A stretch of DNA of 64,000 bases from Kiritimatiellia bacterium (GTDB lineage Bacteria; Verrucomicrobiota; Kiritimatiellia; RFP12; UBA1067). Both the position numbers and the translations under genes were made by a program. Where the stretch lies: contig JAFSTA010000164.1 in NCBI GenBank assembly GCA_017450695.1, positions 37,878-101,877 on the forward strand, written 5' to 3'. Shown one piece after another: positions 27,874-38,210 of this stretch. The notes beneath the pieces are model-generated. The model saw only the letters and a program-made list of their open reading frames with translations, searched no databases and was not told the DNA's origin. Each line of letters begins with the position of its first letter. Within the stretch, counting starts at the first letter, position 1.

Positions 27874-28386
27874 TTATTTCTTTTCCAGCAGGGATTTCAG
27901 GTGTTCGACGTAGGGCTTTCCGCCGCCCTGCTTGTAGCCGGTGCGTGCCAGTTCCTTGCCCTCCGCATCGATCAGGAGAACGGTCGGATAACCTCTGACA
28001 CCGTAGTCTTTCGCGAGTTTCTGGTTTTGGCGCTTCACCTTGTCTGAGATCTTCTTCGATTGAGGGAAGTCGGCGATGAAGAGGACGAGATTCTCTTTCG
28101 CATACTTTTTGAACTCTTTCGATTCCAACACTTCGTTGTGAAGTTTCACGCACCACGGGCACCAGTCGCTTCCGGTGAACAGCGCGAAGATCGGAAGTTT
28201 CGATTTCTCCGCCTCTTTCTGCGCGGCCTCGAAGGAATCCAGCCAAGTAAACTTTTTCTTGTGCGCGGTAGCCGTATTCAGCGGTGTCAACTGGCGCGGC
28301 GGCTGCGGGTTGAGCGGTGCGATGTCACCAAACGCGAATGAGCCGATCAAGGCGCATCCGATTCCCAGTAGGATTGTTTTCTTCAT
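27874..28386 (-). CDS. Secreted thioredoxin family protein
   Basis: Signal peptide, FTGSDWCPWCVKL, YGVRGYPT. Confidence 0.9.
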   Translation of the reverse strand: MKKTILLGIGCALIGSFAFGDIAPLNPQPPRQLTPLNTATAHKKKFTWLDSFEAAQKEAEKSKLPIFALFTGSDWCPWCVKLHNEVLESKEFKKYAKENLVLFIADFPQSKKISDKVKRQNQKLAKDYGVRGYPTVLLIDAEGKELARTGYKQGGGKPYVEHLKSLLEKK

Positions 28387-28428
28387 CTCATTTCTCCTTT
28401 CGGTTCATTTCGACGAAACGAGGGTCAC

Positions 28429-28890
28429 TTACCTTGTTTCGGCGAGAACTTTCACTACGATTTTCTTGACGAGTGATGCCCCATCCGTGGAAAGACAGGG
28501 GGCATGCGGTTCACCGGGGAAGAGGACCATGCATACGCCCTCCTTCACAAGACAGAGCATTGGCGTTCCGTGGCAGAACGCGCAGTCGGTCTCCGCGTCG
28601 TAAGGTGAGATCTCCTTTTTCCCGGCATCCGACGGCATATACCCGATCAGCTCATTTCCCGAGATGATGTACTGGATGTCGATGTACCGGCGATGGGTTT
28701 CGAACCTTCCCTCCGTATGCTCTTTCGTCAGGTAGGTCTGGACATTCGCGTAGAGACGGTCGCCATCCAAGTTGATCCGTCCATCCGGCAACGACGCCAA
28801 ATCCGTTTCACGCAAAAAGGCAAAGGCGCGTGGGAAGAGCGGGTGGATTGCCTCGTAGCGGGCGGAACGTTTCAGTTCGTCAAGAATCAT
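28429..28890 (-). CDS. YhcH/YjgK/YiaL (DUF386) family protein
   Basis: FETHRRYIDIQY, YDAETDC, FPGEPHAP, KKIVVKV. Confidence 0.9.
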   Translation of the reverse strand: MILDELKRSARYEAIHPLFPRAFAFLRETDLASLPDGRINLDGDRLYANVQTYLTKEHTEGRFETHRRYIDIQYIISGNELIGYMPSDAGKKEISPYDAETDCAFCHGTPMLCLVKEGVCMVLFPGEPHAPCLSTDGASLVKKIVVKVLAETR

Positions 28891-28903
28891 GGCAATCGCC
28901 TCC

Positions 28904-30154
28904 TCATTCCGGAATCATCAAACGCCAGGGAATCGTACCGCTTTTCTTCGCCTTGAGAGGAATCGCGGTGGAGATAAGCCCTTCCGGTGCAGACGGAGGG
29001 GTTACGCCAGTGGTCGCGACAGGTGCGGGAGCAGCAGGCGCGGGTGCCTTTGCCACAGAGGCCTGCGCAGGTTGCGATGCCGTCGCGGGGGGAGTCGCAA
29101 TCTGGGCAACGGCAGGCGCGGGCGTTGGAGGCTGCGTCTGCGCCGTCGCGGGGGGAACGCTAGCAGACTGAACTGCCGTGGGTGTCTTTGCCGCGGGAGC
29201 AGGCGTGGGAGCCTTTGACGCTACAGCGACTGGCGCAGGTTGCGGTGCCGGAGCGGGGCTGGTGGTTGGGGCAACGGCAGGCACGGGTGCTGGAGGCTGT
29301 GTCTGCGCCGTCGCGGGGGGAACGCTGGCGGGTTGAGAAACGCCAGCGGATTGCGGTGCCGGAGCGGGGACGCGAGCTGGTTGGGCAGGCGCGGCAGAAG
29401 CGGCGTAGCTTTCCGGAGCGGGGACGTGTGCGGGGAGTTGCGCCGCTTTCCGTTTCGCCTCGTCTTGTTCCTTCAGCTGACGATAGTAGGATGGCGGTTT
29501 GAGGATGCCGACGCCGCGCGAATCGTACTGGGGGGATGTCCAGGTTAACTCCTGCGACTTCTGCTTTTCTTCCGCTTGTTTTTGATTCGCCTCCTGCTGT
29601 TTCTTCAGCTGTTCTTGGAACTGCTGGTTCTGCTGTTGCATGGCGAGCATTTGTTCGCGCAGCAGTTCCAAATCCGATTTCTTCTTCTCCTCTTCTTTTT
29701 TGTCCAGTTTTGCCGCGAGCGCGTTGAGGCTTTCCAGTTGCTTGGCCACTTCGGGGGGGAGCGCGGCTTGCGGTTGTTGCGCGGGAGGCGTCTGCACGAC
29801 AACCGGCTGCGGTTGCGTATAGGGCTGCTGCATCCCTTTGTTCAAGGCCGCGTCCAACAGCTTCGCCTGAAGCGAGGACATCTGGTTGAACATCGAGAAT
29901 CCGATCGCGAAGAATCCGGCGATCACAAGGACAAGGACGGCCGCGAACGTGATGGAGAGTTGCACCACGCGCTTACGCGCCTGGGCACGTTCCGTCTCGA
30001 TGTAGTCCTGAAACGCTTTCAGGACCGGGAACTGCTCCATGCCGGATTGCGACGCGGCGTTGTACAACGCGACGAATCCGCCGCCTTGCTCGGGTGGTGG
30101 AGGCGGGAATGGCGGGGCGTTGGGCGGAATGTTTTTGGGAGGAATGTCGTTCAT
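28904..30154 (-). CDS. Single-TM hypothetical protein with coiled coil and Pro/Ala/Thr-rich repeats
   Basis: Start MNDIPP after GAAGGAG; TM segment; Gln-rich coiled coil; duplicated ASVPPATAQTQPP..PAVA. Confidence 0.7.
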   Translation of the reverse strand: MNDIPPKNIPPNAPPFPPPPPEQGGGFVALYNAASQSGMEQFPVLKAFQDYIETERAQARKRVVQLSITFAAVLVLVIAGFFAIGFSMFNQMSSLQAKLLDAALNKGMQQPYTQPQPVVVQTPPAQQPQAALPPEVAKQLESLNALAAKLDKKEEEKKKSDLELLREQMLAMQQQNQQFQEQLKKQQEANQKQAEEKQKSQELTWTSPQYDSRGVGILKPPSYYRQLKEQDEAKRKAAQLPAHVPAPESYAASAAPAQPARVPAPAPQSAGVSQPASVPPATAQTQPPAPVPAVAPTTSPAPAPQPAPVAVASKAPTPAPAAKTPTAVQSASVPPATAQTQPPTPAPAVAQIATPPATASQPAQASVAKAPAPAAPAPVATTGVTPPSAPEGLISTAIPLKAKKSGTIPWRLMIPE

Positions 30155-30185
30155 CTCTTCTCCTTCTGGCTTGTCCGTAATTCGG

Positions 30186-31085
30186 TTAGACGGCGGCGTC
30201 GGCACCTGCGGTTCGGGCGGCGGCCTCCAGCGTGTTAAACAGCAACATGGTGATCGTGAGCGGCCCGACTCCACCCGGAACCGGCGTGAGGAGCGAGGCC
30301 ACTTGGCTAACGGAATCAAAATCCACGTCTCCGCAGAGGCGGTAGCCGCGCGTGCGCGTCGCATCGGGAATGCGGTTCACGCCGACATCGATGACGACGG
30401 CGCCGGGCTTCACCATGTCACCCGTTACGGTGTTGGCGTGACCGGCGGCTACGATCAGGATATCCGCGTTCTTCGTGTAGAATGCCAGGTCGCGTGTACG
30501 CGTGTGGCAAATGGTGACAGTCGCGTCCCCTCCCGGTCCTTTGCGAGAGAGCAGGTGGGCGACGGGCTTTCCAACGATGTTGCTCCTTCCAATTACAACC
30601 GCGTGTTTGCCGGCGGTTTCGACTCCGGCCTTCAGCAGCATCCGAATAATCCCGTGCGGGGTGCAGGGGAGGAAACAGGGAAGCCCGATCATCATGCGCC
30701 CGACGTTGACAGGCGTGAATCCATCGACATCTTTTTCAGGGGAAATCGCTTCAATCACCGCATTCTCATCGATACCTTTGGGAAGGGGAAGCTGCACCAG
30801 AATTCCGTGAATCTGGGGGTCCGCATTCAGCTGTTGAACCACCGCCACGATTTCGTTCTGCGTCGCGGTGGCCGGAAGGCGGATTTCCTTGGAACGGATG
30901 CCCGCTTCGGCACACGCCTTCTCCTTCGCGGTGACATAGGAGACAGAGGCAGGATTCTCGCCGACCAGAAGCACGCCCAGACCGGGTTCGATTTGTTTCG
31001 ATGCTTTCAGTTCTGCGACCTTACCGCGAATTTCCTCCCGCATTTCTGCGGCAAGTTTTTTCCCGTCCAACAACTCTGCGCCCAT
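30186..31085 (-). CDS. folD: Methylenetetrahydrofolate dehydrogenase/cyclohydrolase
   Basis: HGILVQLPLP, EKDVDGF, PCTP, IGRSNIVGKP, TPVPGGVGPLT. Confidence 0.95.
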   Translation of the reverse strand: MGAELLDGKKLAAEMREEIRGKVAELKASKQIEPGLGVLLVGENPASVSYVTAKEKACAEAGIRSKEIRLPATATQNEIVAVVQQLNADPQIHGILVQLPLPKGIDENAVIEAISPEKDVDGFTPVNVGRMMIGLPCFLPCTPHGIIRMLLKAGVETAGKHAVVIGRSNIVGKPVAHLLSRKGPGGDATVTICHTRTRDLAFYTKNADILIVAAGHANTVTGDMVKPGAVVIDVGVNRIPDATRTRGYRLCGDVDFDSVSQVASLLTPVPGGVGPLTITMLLFNTLEAAARTAGADAAV

Positions 31086-31336
31086 CTTCGATTTACTCCG
31101 TGTGATCAAGAAAGGAATACTTTAGCAAAAATCAAGCGACCCGGCGAGAAAATTCGTTCGTTTCGATTGCGACCGAGAAATTCAAGGTTCGCCCCCTAGA
31201 ATGACGCGAAGTTCGAGAACCTCAAGGCTTGCCTATCAGTTGGCTGAGTGAGCGGCGGCATCTGTCGTCGTCCTCTTTTCAGGCTTGACAGGAGGGATGG
31301 GAAAATAGCAGACTAGTTGCTTTTGGAGGGTGTCGG

Positions 31337-31978
31337 ATGAGTGACGTCAACTCAGTAGCTTTGCCAACCGTACGGCGTTTGCCGTTGATGTTACGCCATA
31401 TCCAGGAGCATATTGCGGCTGGGGATGGTTTCGTCTCCAGTTCTCTGCTCGCCAAAGAGCTTCAGATGGATCCGATTCTCGTGCGGAAGGCGTTGGCCGC
31501 GACGGGCGTGGTCGGCATTCCGCGTCTCGGTTTCCCGGCACGCGAACTGGAACGGTCGATCCTCGCGTTTCTGGGATGGGACAGCATGACGGATGCCGTG
31601 CTGTGCGGCGTCGGGAACATGGGGCGCGCGTTGCTCGGGTATCAGGGGTTTGAACAGTACGGGTTGCGGATTGTCGCGGCGTTCGATATCGATCCGGACC
31701 TCATCGGGAAACGGATCAACCGGATTGAGGTTCACGCGATGCGCCGGATGAAACAGCTGATTCAGAAGATGACGGTGAGGATCGGGATTCTTACCGTTCC
31801 CGCCGATGTGGCGCAGGCTGTCGTCGATGCGATGATCAGTGCGGGGATTTGCGGGGTTTGGAATTTCACCCCATCCAAACTGATTGTTCCGGACGGGGTT
31901 GTCGTGCAACGGGTCGATCTCGCGTCCAGTCTCGCGGTTCTCTCGCATAAGCTGGCGGCGCTCAGCGCGAAACAGTAG
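31337..31978 (+). CDS. rex: Redox-sensing transcriptional repressor Rex
   Basis: PTVRRLP, VSSSLLA..VRKAL wHTH, GVGNMGRAL, AAFDID, GVWNFTP, VDL. Confidence 0.88.
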   Translation: MSDVNSVALPTVRRLPLMLRHIQEHIAAGDGFVSSSLLAKELQMDPILVRKALAATGVVGIPRLGFPARELERSILAFLGWDSMTDAVLCGVGNMGRALLGYQGFEQYGLRIVAAFDIDPDLIGKRINRIEVHAMRRMKQLIQKMTVRIGILTVPADVAQAVVDAMISAGICGVWNFTPSKLIVPDGVVVQRVDLASSLAVLSHKLAALSAKQ

Positions 31979-31988
31979 GGGAGTGGAA

Positions 31989-34331
31989 ATGGTCAGGATG
32001 CGAATTTGTGCTGTTGCGCTTGGTGTGTTGTCTTGTTTTGACCCCATGTTTGCCGAGGAGGTTTCTCCCCTTCGCCAACGTGTTCTCTCTCAGGCGCCTT
32101 CGGTTCTTTTCGTAACGCGAAAGCAATACCGCAAGGATCATCACAACACGGCGACGCTCTTTCAATGCGGAGAGGTCAACGAGAAGTCCTACGACACGGA
32201 GGGCTGCCTCAAGATTCTGGATGTGAAGTCGGGACTCGTCGAGACGTTGTTCGATCCCGGTAAAGGCGCGACGGTTCGTGATCCGGACGTGAGCTTCGAC
32301 GGGAAGCGTGTCGTTTTCGCCATGCGGAAGAACGCCTCCGAAAACTACCACATCTACATGATCGAGCTGGAAACCAGCGCTGTGAAACAGTTGACCCGGC
32401 AGTGCGATGTCACGGATGTCGATCCGTGCTGGTTGCCCGACGGCGGAATTGTCTTTGCCTCCACGCGAGAACCGAAGTACTGCGGTTGCAACAACCGCAT
32501 CATGTGCAACCTCTTCCGGATGGAGGGGGACGGCGCAAACATTTACCAGATCGGGCGTTCAACGCTTTTCGAGGCGCATCCGTTCGTGATGGACGACGGA
32601 CGGATTCTGTACGACCGTTGGGAGTATGTGGATCGGGATTTCGGCAGTGCGCAGGGGCTGTGGACGTGTAATCCCGACGGGACGGCTCATGCGTTGTACT
32701 GGGGTAACAACACGGAGAGTCCCGGTGGAATCTTGAACGCGCGTACACTGCCGGGTGACGGTTCGCGCGTGCTGGCTGTGCTGGGCGCGTGCCACAACCG
32801 TCCGTGGGGTGCGCTGGGGTTGATTGACCGCAAGAAGGGAATCGATGGACCGGTTCCCGTGATTCGCACCTGGCCGTCGAATTATCTGCATCAAGTTTGC
32901 GTTTCGAGTGACAAGTACCGGATTGATTCGCCGAATTCGGTTCCGTTGAAGTATCAGGATCCGTTTCCCTTGGATGACGCGCATTACTTGTGCGTGCGTC
33001 AGATGGATGCGAAATCCGAGGCGACCGGAATCTTCTGTCTGGATGCCTCGGGTGCGGAGGAGTTGCTGTACGCTGAGGCGCCGGGGTGCTTCGATCCGAT
33101 GCCAATCCGCCCCCGCAAGTTGCCGCCCGTCCGTCCCCGGCAACGGAATTTCGATTCGCCGCACGCGCCAGGACGATTCTACTTGCAGAATGTCATGATC
33201 GGTACGCACATGGAGGGTGTCGCCCCCGGTACGATCAAGGCCCTGCGCGTGATCGAGTCCCCGGAGAAGCGTAACTGGACGCACACCTATTGGGGCGGAC
33301 AGGGAACGCAGTGGCCGGGAATGAACTGGCTGAACTTCGAGAACAAGCGGATTCTCGGTACGGTTCCCGTGGAGGCGGACGGGAGCGCGTATTTCGAGGT
33401 TCCCGGCAACACCTTCGTCTTCTTTCAGGCGTTGGATGAGAAGGGGATGATGGTGCAGTCGATGCGTTCCGGCACATACGTGCAACCGGGGGAGACGTAC
33501 GGGTGCGTGGGATGTCACGAGAACCGCATCGGCGGAACGCCTGTGACCGACCAGGTGCTGGCGATGCGCCGTCCGCCCTCTCGGCTGGATGGATGGCAGG
33601 GAATGCCGCCGCGCCTCTTCTCGTTCCAGCGCGAGGTTCAGCCGATCTTCAACCGCCATTGCGTGTCGTGTCACGACTACGGGAAACCCGCCGCCGAGAA
33701 GTTGAACCTGGCGGGCGACCGGGATACCGTTTTTTCCACCTCGTATGTGGATCTCTGGTTGCTGGGCGGCATCTCTTGCGTGGGTGCGGGCGGCGCGGAA
33801 ACACGCCCCGCTCTCTCGTGGGGTTCGCGCGTTTCGAAAATCGTGCGGATGTCGCAGAACGGTCACGGGCGCGTGCAGCTCTCGAAACCCGAGATGGACA
33901 CGCTGATCGCCTGGTGCGATCTGAACGCGCCGTACTATCCGAATTTCGAGTGCGCGTATCCGCAGAATCAGGCGGGGCGTTCCCCGCTATCCTTTGCGGA
34001 GGTGAAGCGGGTGCAGCAGTTGAGCGGTGTGAAGCTGGCGGATCAACACTGGTACAGGCAGCGGTCACAGTTCAGTTTCGACCGTCCTGAAGTCAGTCGG
34101 ATTTTGACATCGGCAATCTGTGCCACGAATGAAAGCGCGCGCGCCGAGGTGTTGTCAATCATTCGGAAGGGGCAGGAGCGTCTCTACGCCAAGCCGCGCA
34201 ACGACATGGACGGGTTCTACCCCTGCGAGAAGGATGTTGCGCGGCTGAACAAGTACGAGAAGAGTCAGGCTCGCGAGGAACAGGTGTACGCGGCGATCCG
34301 CGAGGGACGGAAGCTCTACGATGAGGAATAG
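31989..34331 (+). CDS. HzsA-like protein (beta-propeller, hydrazine synthase alpha middle domain, two CxxCH)
   Basis: DPDVSFDGKRVVF, DPCWLPDGGIVFASTR, ILYDRWEYVD, ILGTVPVEADGSAYFEVP..FQALDEKG..QSMRS, CVGCHE, CVSCHD. Confidence 0.8.
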   Translation: MVRMRICAVALGVLSCFDPMFAEEVSPLRQRVLSQAPSVLFVTRKQYRKDHHNTATLFQCGEVNEKSYDTEGCLKILDVKSGLVETLFDPGKGATVRDPDVSFDGKRVVFAMRKNASENYHIYMIELETSAVKQLTRQCDVTDVDPCWLPDGGIVFASTREPKYCGCNNRIMCNLFRMEGDGANIYQIGRSTLFEAHPFVMDDGRILYDRWEYVDRDFGSAQGLWTCNPDGTAHALYWGNNTESPGGILNARTLPGDGSRVLAVLGACHNRPWGALGLIDRKKGIDGPVPVIRTWPSNYLHQVCVSSDKYRIDSPNSVPLKYQDPFPLDDAHYLCVRQMDAKSEATGIFCLDASGAEELLYAEAPGCFDPMPIRPRKLPPVRPRQRNFDSPHAPGRFYLQNVMIGTHMEGVAPGTIKALRVIESPEKRNWTHTYWGGQGTQWPGMNWLNFENKRILGTVPVEADGSAYFEVPGNTFVFFQALDEKGMMVQSMRSGTYVQPGETYGCVGCHENRIGGTPVTDQVLAMRRPPSRLDGWQGMPPRLFSFQREVQPIFNRHCVSCHDYGKPAAEKLNLAGDRDTVFSTSYVDLWLLGGISCVGAGGAETRPALSWGSRVSKIVRMSQNGHGRVQLSKPEMDTLIAWCDLNAPYYPNFECAYPQNQAGRSPLSFAEVKRVQQLSGVKLADQHWYRQRSQFSFDRPEVSRILTSAICATNESARAEVLSIIRKGQERLYAKPRNDMDGFYPCEKDVARLNKYEKSQAREEQVYAAIREGRKLYDEE

Positions 34332-34373
34332 GAGTTTGGTGTTGGCTGCCAGCTAAGTGAGAAAGGAGTTCAC

Positions 34374-37300
34374 ATGAAACGTGATCAGGAAATGAGGTTT
34401 GGATGGAGCGGCTTGCTTTGGCTGGCCGTCGGTTCGCTGTTTTCGGAGTGTTGGGCGGTCGAAGCGTTGCCGCAGCAACCGTTGCTGAAGCGCGATACGG
34501 TCATTGCGGCGGCGCGTGAGGTCACGGCGGAGAGGTTCCCCGACGCGGATTCGGCGATGGTGGATGACGCGGTGTCGGTGGCGTACCGTGAAGACGGAAC
34601 GGACGAGACCTGGGATGACGAGTACATCAAGGTCTTGACGGAAAAGGGACGCCGCAATGTCTCGGTGCTGACGCTCGGATTCAACGACTTCTATGGGTCG
34701 GTACGTGTCGTGAAGGCAGAGATTATCAAGGCCGACGGGCGTGTGATCGATGTCGATGTCGCGAAGAACAGTCGCGTGATGATTGATTCCGGGCAGATGA
34801 AATCCAACATCTATGATCCGAGTCAGAAGCGGATGACGCTCTCCGTCCCCGGCCTTGAGGTGGGCGATATCCGCCACGTGCTCGTCTGCCGCGAGACGTT
34901 GAAGACGCGGATGCCGGATGCCTGGTGCGACTATCAGACCTTTGAGGCGGATGTGCCGATCATCCAGACGAGCTACTCCGTCTCCGTGCCGAGCAACCGT
35001 CCGCTGGCGCGCGTCGTGCTCCGTTCTCCCGTCACCAACACGGTCACGACCAGCGTGACGCAGCAGGAGGGCGGGCGCACCTTGCAGACCTGGCGCGTGA
35101 AGAATGTGCCGCAAATGTTCCCCGAACCTTCCATGCCGGCCGCCTACACCGTCGTGCAGCGGCTGTTGCTGAGTACGGTTCCCGACTGGGAAACCGTCTC
35201 GCGCTGGTACTGGAAGCTCTGCGAGAAGCCGCTTTCGGATATTACGCCTGAAATGCGCGAGAAGGTTGCCGAGTTGACCAAGGACGCGAAGACGCGCGAC
35301 GAGAAGATGCGGGCGATTTTCAAATTCGTCTCGCAGCAGATTCGGTACATGGGCGTGACGACCGAAACCGTCGCGCCGGGCTATGAGCCGCACAATGTCA
35401 GCGTGACCTTCCACAACCGGTACGGCGTTTGCCGCGACAAGGCTGCGTTGCTCGTCACGTTGCTGCGCCTGGCCGACATTCCCGCCTATCCCGTGCTGAT
35501 CAATGTCGGCCCGAAGATCGACGAGGAAGTACCGTTGCCCTATTTCAACCATGCGATCACGGGGGCGGAAGGCGAGGACGGCTCGCTGGTGCTGATGGAC
35601 TCCACCAACGAAAGCACACTTGATTTGTTCCCTGCCTACTTGGGGAACTGCTCGTATCTCGTGGCGAGCGAGAAGGGGGAGCCGTTGCGCGTCTCCCCGA
35701 TCTACCCCGCCGAGAAGGAATTGGTCAGGATCACGACCAAGGGCGGGATCGACGAGATCGGAACCGCGACTTTCAAAAGCTCGTTGCAGTTCGACGGAAT
35801 CAATGACGATGCCTACCGCAGTCACTTCTTGCGCATCAAGAAGGAGCAGCGCCGCGTTTTCTTCGAGAAGATTTTGAAGGCCCGTCTCTCCGGTGCGGAG
35901 GTGATGCGCTGCGAGATCCTTCCCGAGAATCTTCAGGATACCGCGACCCCGTTGTCGGTGGAAGTGGCGTACCGCGTTCCGAATTACCCGGTGCGCGGCG
36001 AGAAGCTCGATACGCTCCCCCTCCCGTGGCTGGGAACGGCTTTCGGGTATGTCAATTTCGTGGTCGGGCAGACGGGATTGAAGGAACGCAAGTATCCCTA
36101 CCAGACTGAGATCGCGTGCGGTGTCGAGGAGCGCGTCACCCTGAACCTCCGCGACGGCATGAAGAGCGAGAACGCCGAGCTGCCGCCGGTGAAAAGTATC
36201 GACAGGGGGCATGTCGAATTCGTGCTCTCGATGGAGCTGGACGGGCAAATGCTGAAGGCGCGTCGGCAGTATCTGGTGAAGACCGTCGAGTTTTCCCCCG
36301 AGGAGTACCAGGTCTTGAAGGGAACGCTGGAAGAGATCGAGGAGGCAGGAAAGTTCTGTCCGCTCTTCCCGGCGAAAGGGAAGAATCTGGTTCCGGACGA
36401 GGAAATCCTTTTCGACCGCGTGGAAACGGTTTTGGGGTCGGAACACGACTGGTCTTCCGTGCATACCTGGTCGAAGAGGATCCTCTCGTACAACGGAACG
36501 AAAAAGGCGGCGGAGGTAAAGATCGGCTACAATCCCGTCTGGCAGTCGCTGGAACTGGTTTCCGCGGTCGTCTCGAACGCGAACGGGAAGGTCTTCCATG
36601 CCAAGCAGGAGGAAATCCACCAGATGGATCTCCCGTGGGTCGCCTCCGCGCCGCGTTATCCGGCAGGGAAACAGATGGTCGTCAACCTGCCCGGCGTGGA
36701 GATCGGCAGCGTCATCACCGTCACCACGCGCTTCCGCCAGATCGACTCGCCCTTTTATTCCCGCGTACAGTCTTTCGGCGGATTCACGCCCATCGGCGAG
36801 GAGTTTTTCTCCCTGACCGTGCCGAACGGGCTGACGCCGAAGTTCCAGACCTACAACCTCGACTCGGTCGTGGGCCGGGTCTCGACCAACGACACGGGCG
36901 TCGTCTATTCGTGGACGGATCACAACCGCGAACCGTTGAAGACGGAATCCTCCCTGCCGCCGTGGCACTTCTATCAGCCGACGCTCTACCTGACCTTCGG
37001 CGATTGGAAAACCTACGCGGGCGAGGTGTCGGCGGCGTTTGAACGCGCTCTGTCGGGAAGCGAGGCAGCGACAGCCAAGGCGAAGGAGCTGACGGCGACC
37101 GCGAAGAGCGACCGCGAGAAGGTTCTGGCGATTCGCAAGGAGATCATGCGGACGATTCGCGTGGCGGGTCCCGGTTTCCTGGAGCTTCCGTTCTCGACCC
37201 TCTCCGCGCCGGACCGGACCTTGGCCGATCGCTACGGTCATGCGGCGGATCGCGCGCTGCTGCTGTTGTCGATGCTCCGCGCGGTCGGTTGCCAGGCGGA

Positions 37301-38192
37301 AATCGTGCTGGCCTCCACCGACGACTCGCGTTATCCGCGTTATCGTCAGCCGACACGCGACTATCCGCAACAGCGCTACTTCCGCGAGCCGATCGTGCGG
37401 GTGCGTTGCGGCGAAGACACCTACTATCTCAACGAGGGGACGCAGTACAGTGAACTGGGGACCTCCGACATCGACGGTTCCTATATCCTGAAACTGGACG
37501 GGACGATCGAGACGGTTGAGGTTCCGGAGAGATTGAAAGACCGTGATCGTGAAGAGATGACCGTGGATTTGGATGCGCACGGGTTGGCCACCATTACCGT
37601 CACGAACTGGTATTTCGGCACGAGCGTCGGCACCTTCCGCCAGGCCTACAAGGAGATCCTTCCCGAAGATCTTCGCCGCCATACGCTGGAGGTCGTCGGC
37701 GCACTGGCGAAATCCGCCGAACCCGATTCGCCGCTCATTTCCGAGACGGACGCCTATCCCGGCTACCAGACCTTCCGCGCCAAGGTTCCGCACTATGCGA
37801 TCCTTCAGGGAAATCGGATGACCCTGCGCGTCCGTGACTTGCTGGAGCAGATTTTCCCGATGCGTGAAGACACCCGCGAGAACCCCATCTTCCTTTCCGA
37901 GGTGAGTTTTTCCGAGTTCGTCTATCGGGTTCTCTTCCCGAAGGGATTCACGTCCTTCCCGATTCTCCCGCGCTCGTTCTCGTGGACCCTGCCGAACGGT
38001 GTCGGCACCGTTTCTTTCCGCGTGGAGAAAACGACGACTTCCGAGGGACGGTGCGCCCTGACAATCACACGGACGATCAACCGGAAAAGCGGTTTCCTTC
38101 CCGCCGAGTTGTATCCGTCTGTTCTCGAATACAACCGCCTGATGACCCACCCCGCACGATTCACGATTGTCGCTGAAAGGGAAGACAAGTAG
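34374..38192 (+). CDS. DUF3857 / transglutaminase-like domain protein (tandem)
   Basis: Signal peptide; PGLEVGD (DUF3857), IRYMG..YGVCRDKA, FNHAI, MDST; second degenerate module LPGVEIGSVI..RYGHAADRA. Confidence 0.8.
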   Translation: MKRDQEMRFGWSGLLWLAVGSLFSECWAVEALPQQPLLKRDTVIAAAREVTAERFPDADSAMVDDAVSVAYREDGTDETWDDEYIKVLTEKGRRNVSVLTLGFNDFYGSVRVVKAEIIKADGRVIDVDVAKNSRVMIDSGQMKSNIYDPSQKRMTLSVPGLEVGDIRHVLVCRETLKTRMPDAWCDYQTFEADVPIIQTSYSVSVPSNRPLARVVLRSPVTNTVTTSVTQQEGGRTLQTWRVKNVPQMFPEPSMPAAYTVVQRLLLSTVPDWETVSRWYWKLCEKPLSDITPEMREKVAELTKDAKTRDEKMRAIFKFVSQQIRYMGVTTETVAPGYEPHNVSVTFHNRYGVCRDKAALLVTLLRLADIPAYPVLINVGPKIDEEVPLPYFNHAITGAEGEDGSLVLMDSTNESTLDLFPAYLGNCSYLVASEKGEPLRVSPIYPAEKELVRITTKGGIDEIGTATFKSSLQFDGINDDAYRSHFLRIKKEQRRVFFEKILKARLSGAEVMRCEILPENLQDTATPLSVEVAYRVPNYPVRGEKLDTLPLPWLGTAFGYVNFVVGQTGLKERKYPYQTEIACGVEERVTLNLRDGMKSENAELPPVKSIDRGHVEFVLSMELDGQMLKARRQYLVKTVEFSPEEYQVLKGTLEEIEEAGKFCPLFPAKGKNLVPDEEILFDRVETVLGSEHDWSSVHTWSKRILSYNGTKKAAEVKIGYNPVWQSLELVSAVVSNANGKVFHAKQEEIHQMDLPWVASAPRYPAGKQMVVNLPGVEIGSVITVTTRFRQIDSPFYSRVQSFGGFTPIGEEFFSLTVPNGLTPKFQTYNLDSVVGRVSTNDTGVVYSWTDHNREPLKTESSLPPWHFYQPTLYLTFGDWKTYAGEVSAAFERALSGSEAATAKAKELTATAKSDREKVLAIRKEIMRTIRVAGPGFLELPFSTLSAPDRTLADRYGHAADRALLLLSMLRAVGCQAEIVLASTDDSRYPRYRQPTRDYPQQRYFREPIVRVRCGEDTYYLNEGTQYSELGTSDIDGSYILKLDGTIETVEVPERLKDRDREEMTVDLDAHGLATITVTNWYFGTSVGTFRQAYKEILPEDLRRHTLEVVGALAKSAEPDSPLISETDAYPGYQTFRAKVPHYAILQGNRMTLRVRDLLEQIFPMREDTRENPIFLSEVSFSEFVYRVLFPKGFTSFPILPRSFSWTLPNGVGTVSFRVEKTTTSEGRCALTITRTINRKSGFLPAELYPSVLEYNRLMTHPARFTIVAEREDK

Positions 38193-38210
38193 GGGGGGCG
38201 CTGCGCGCCA

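Noticed and set aside
31989-34331. Anammox hydrazine synthase
   Set aside because: Only alpha-like domains are present, without hzsB/hzsC or other anammox genes; homologs are common in non-anammox PVC bacteria.
34353-38150. 1265-aa antisense ORF (and similar ones at 25054-27849, 47720-50047, 52306-54645, 55113-57104)
   Set aside because: Shadow ORFs opposite well-supported genes, expected from high-GC codon bias; no recognisable motifs.
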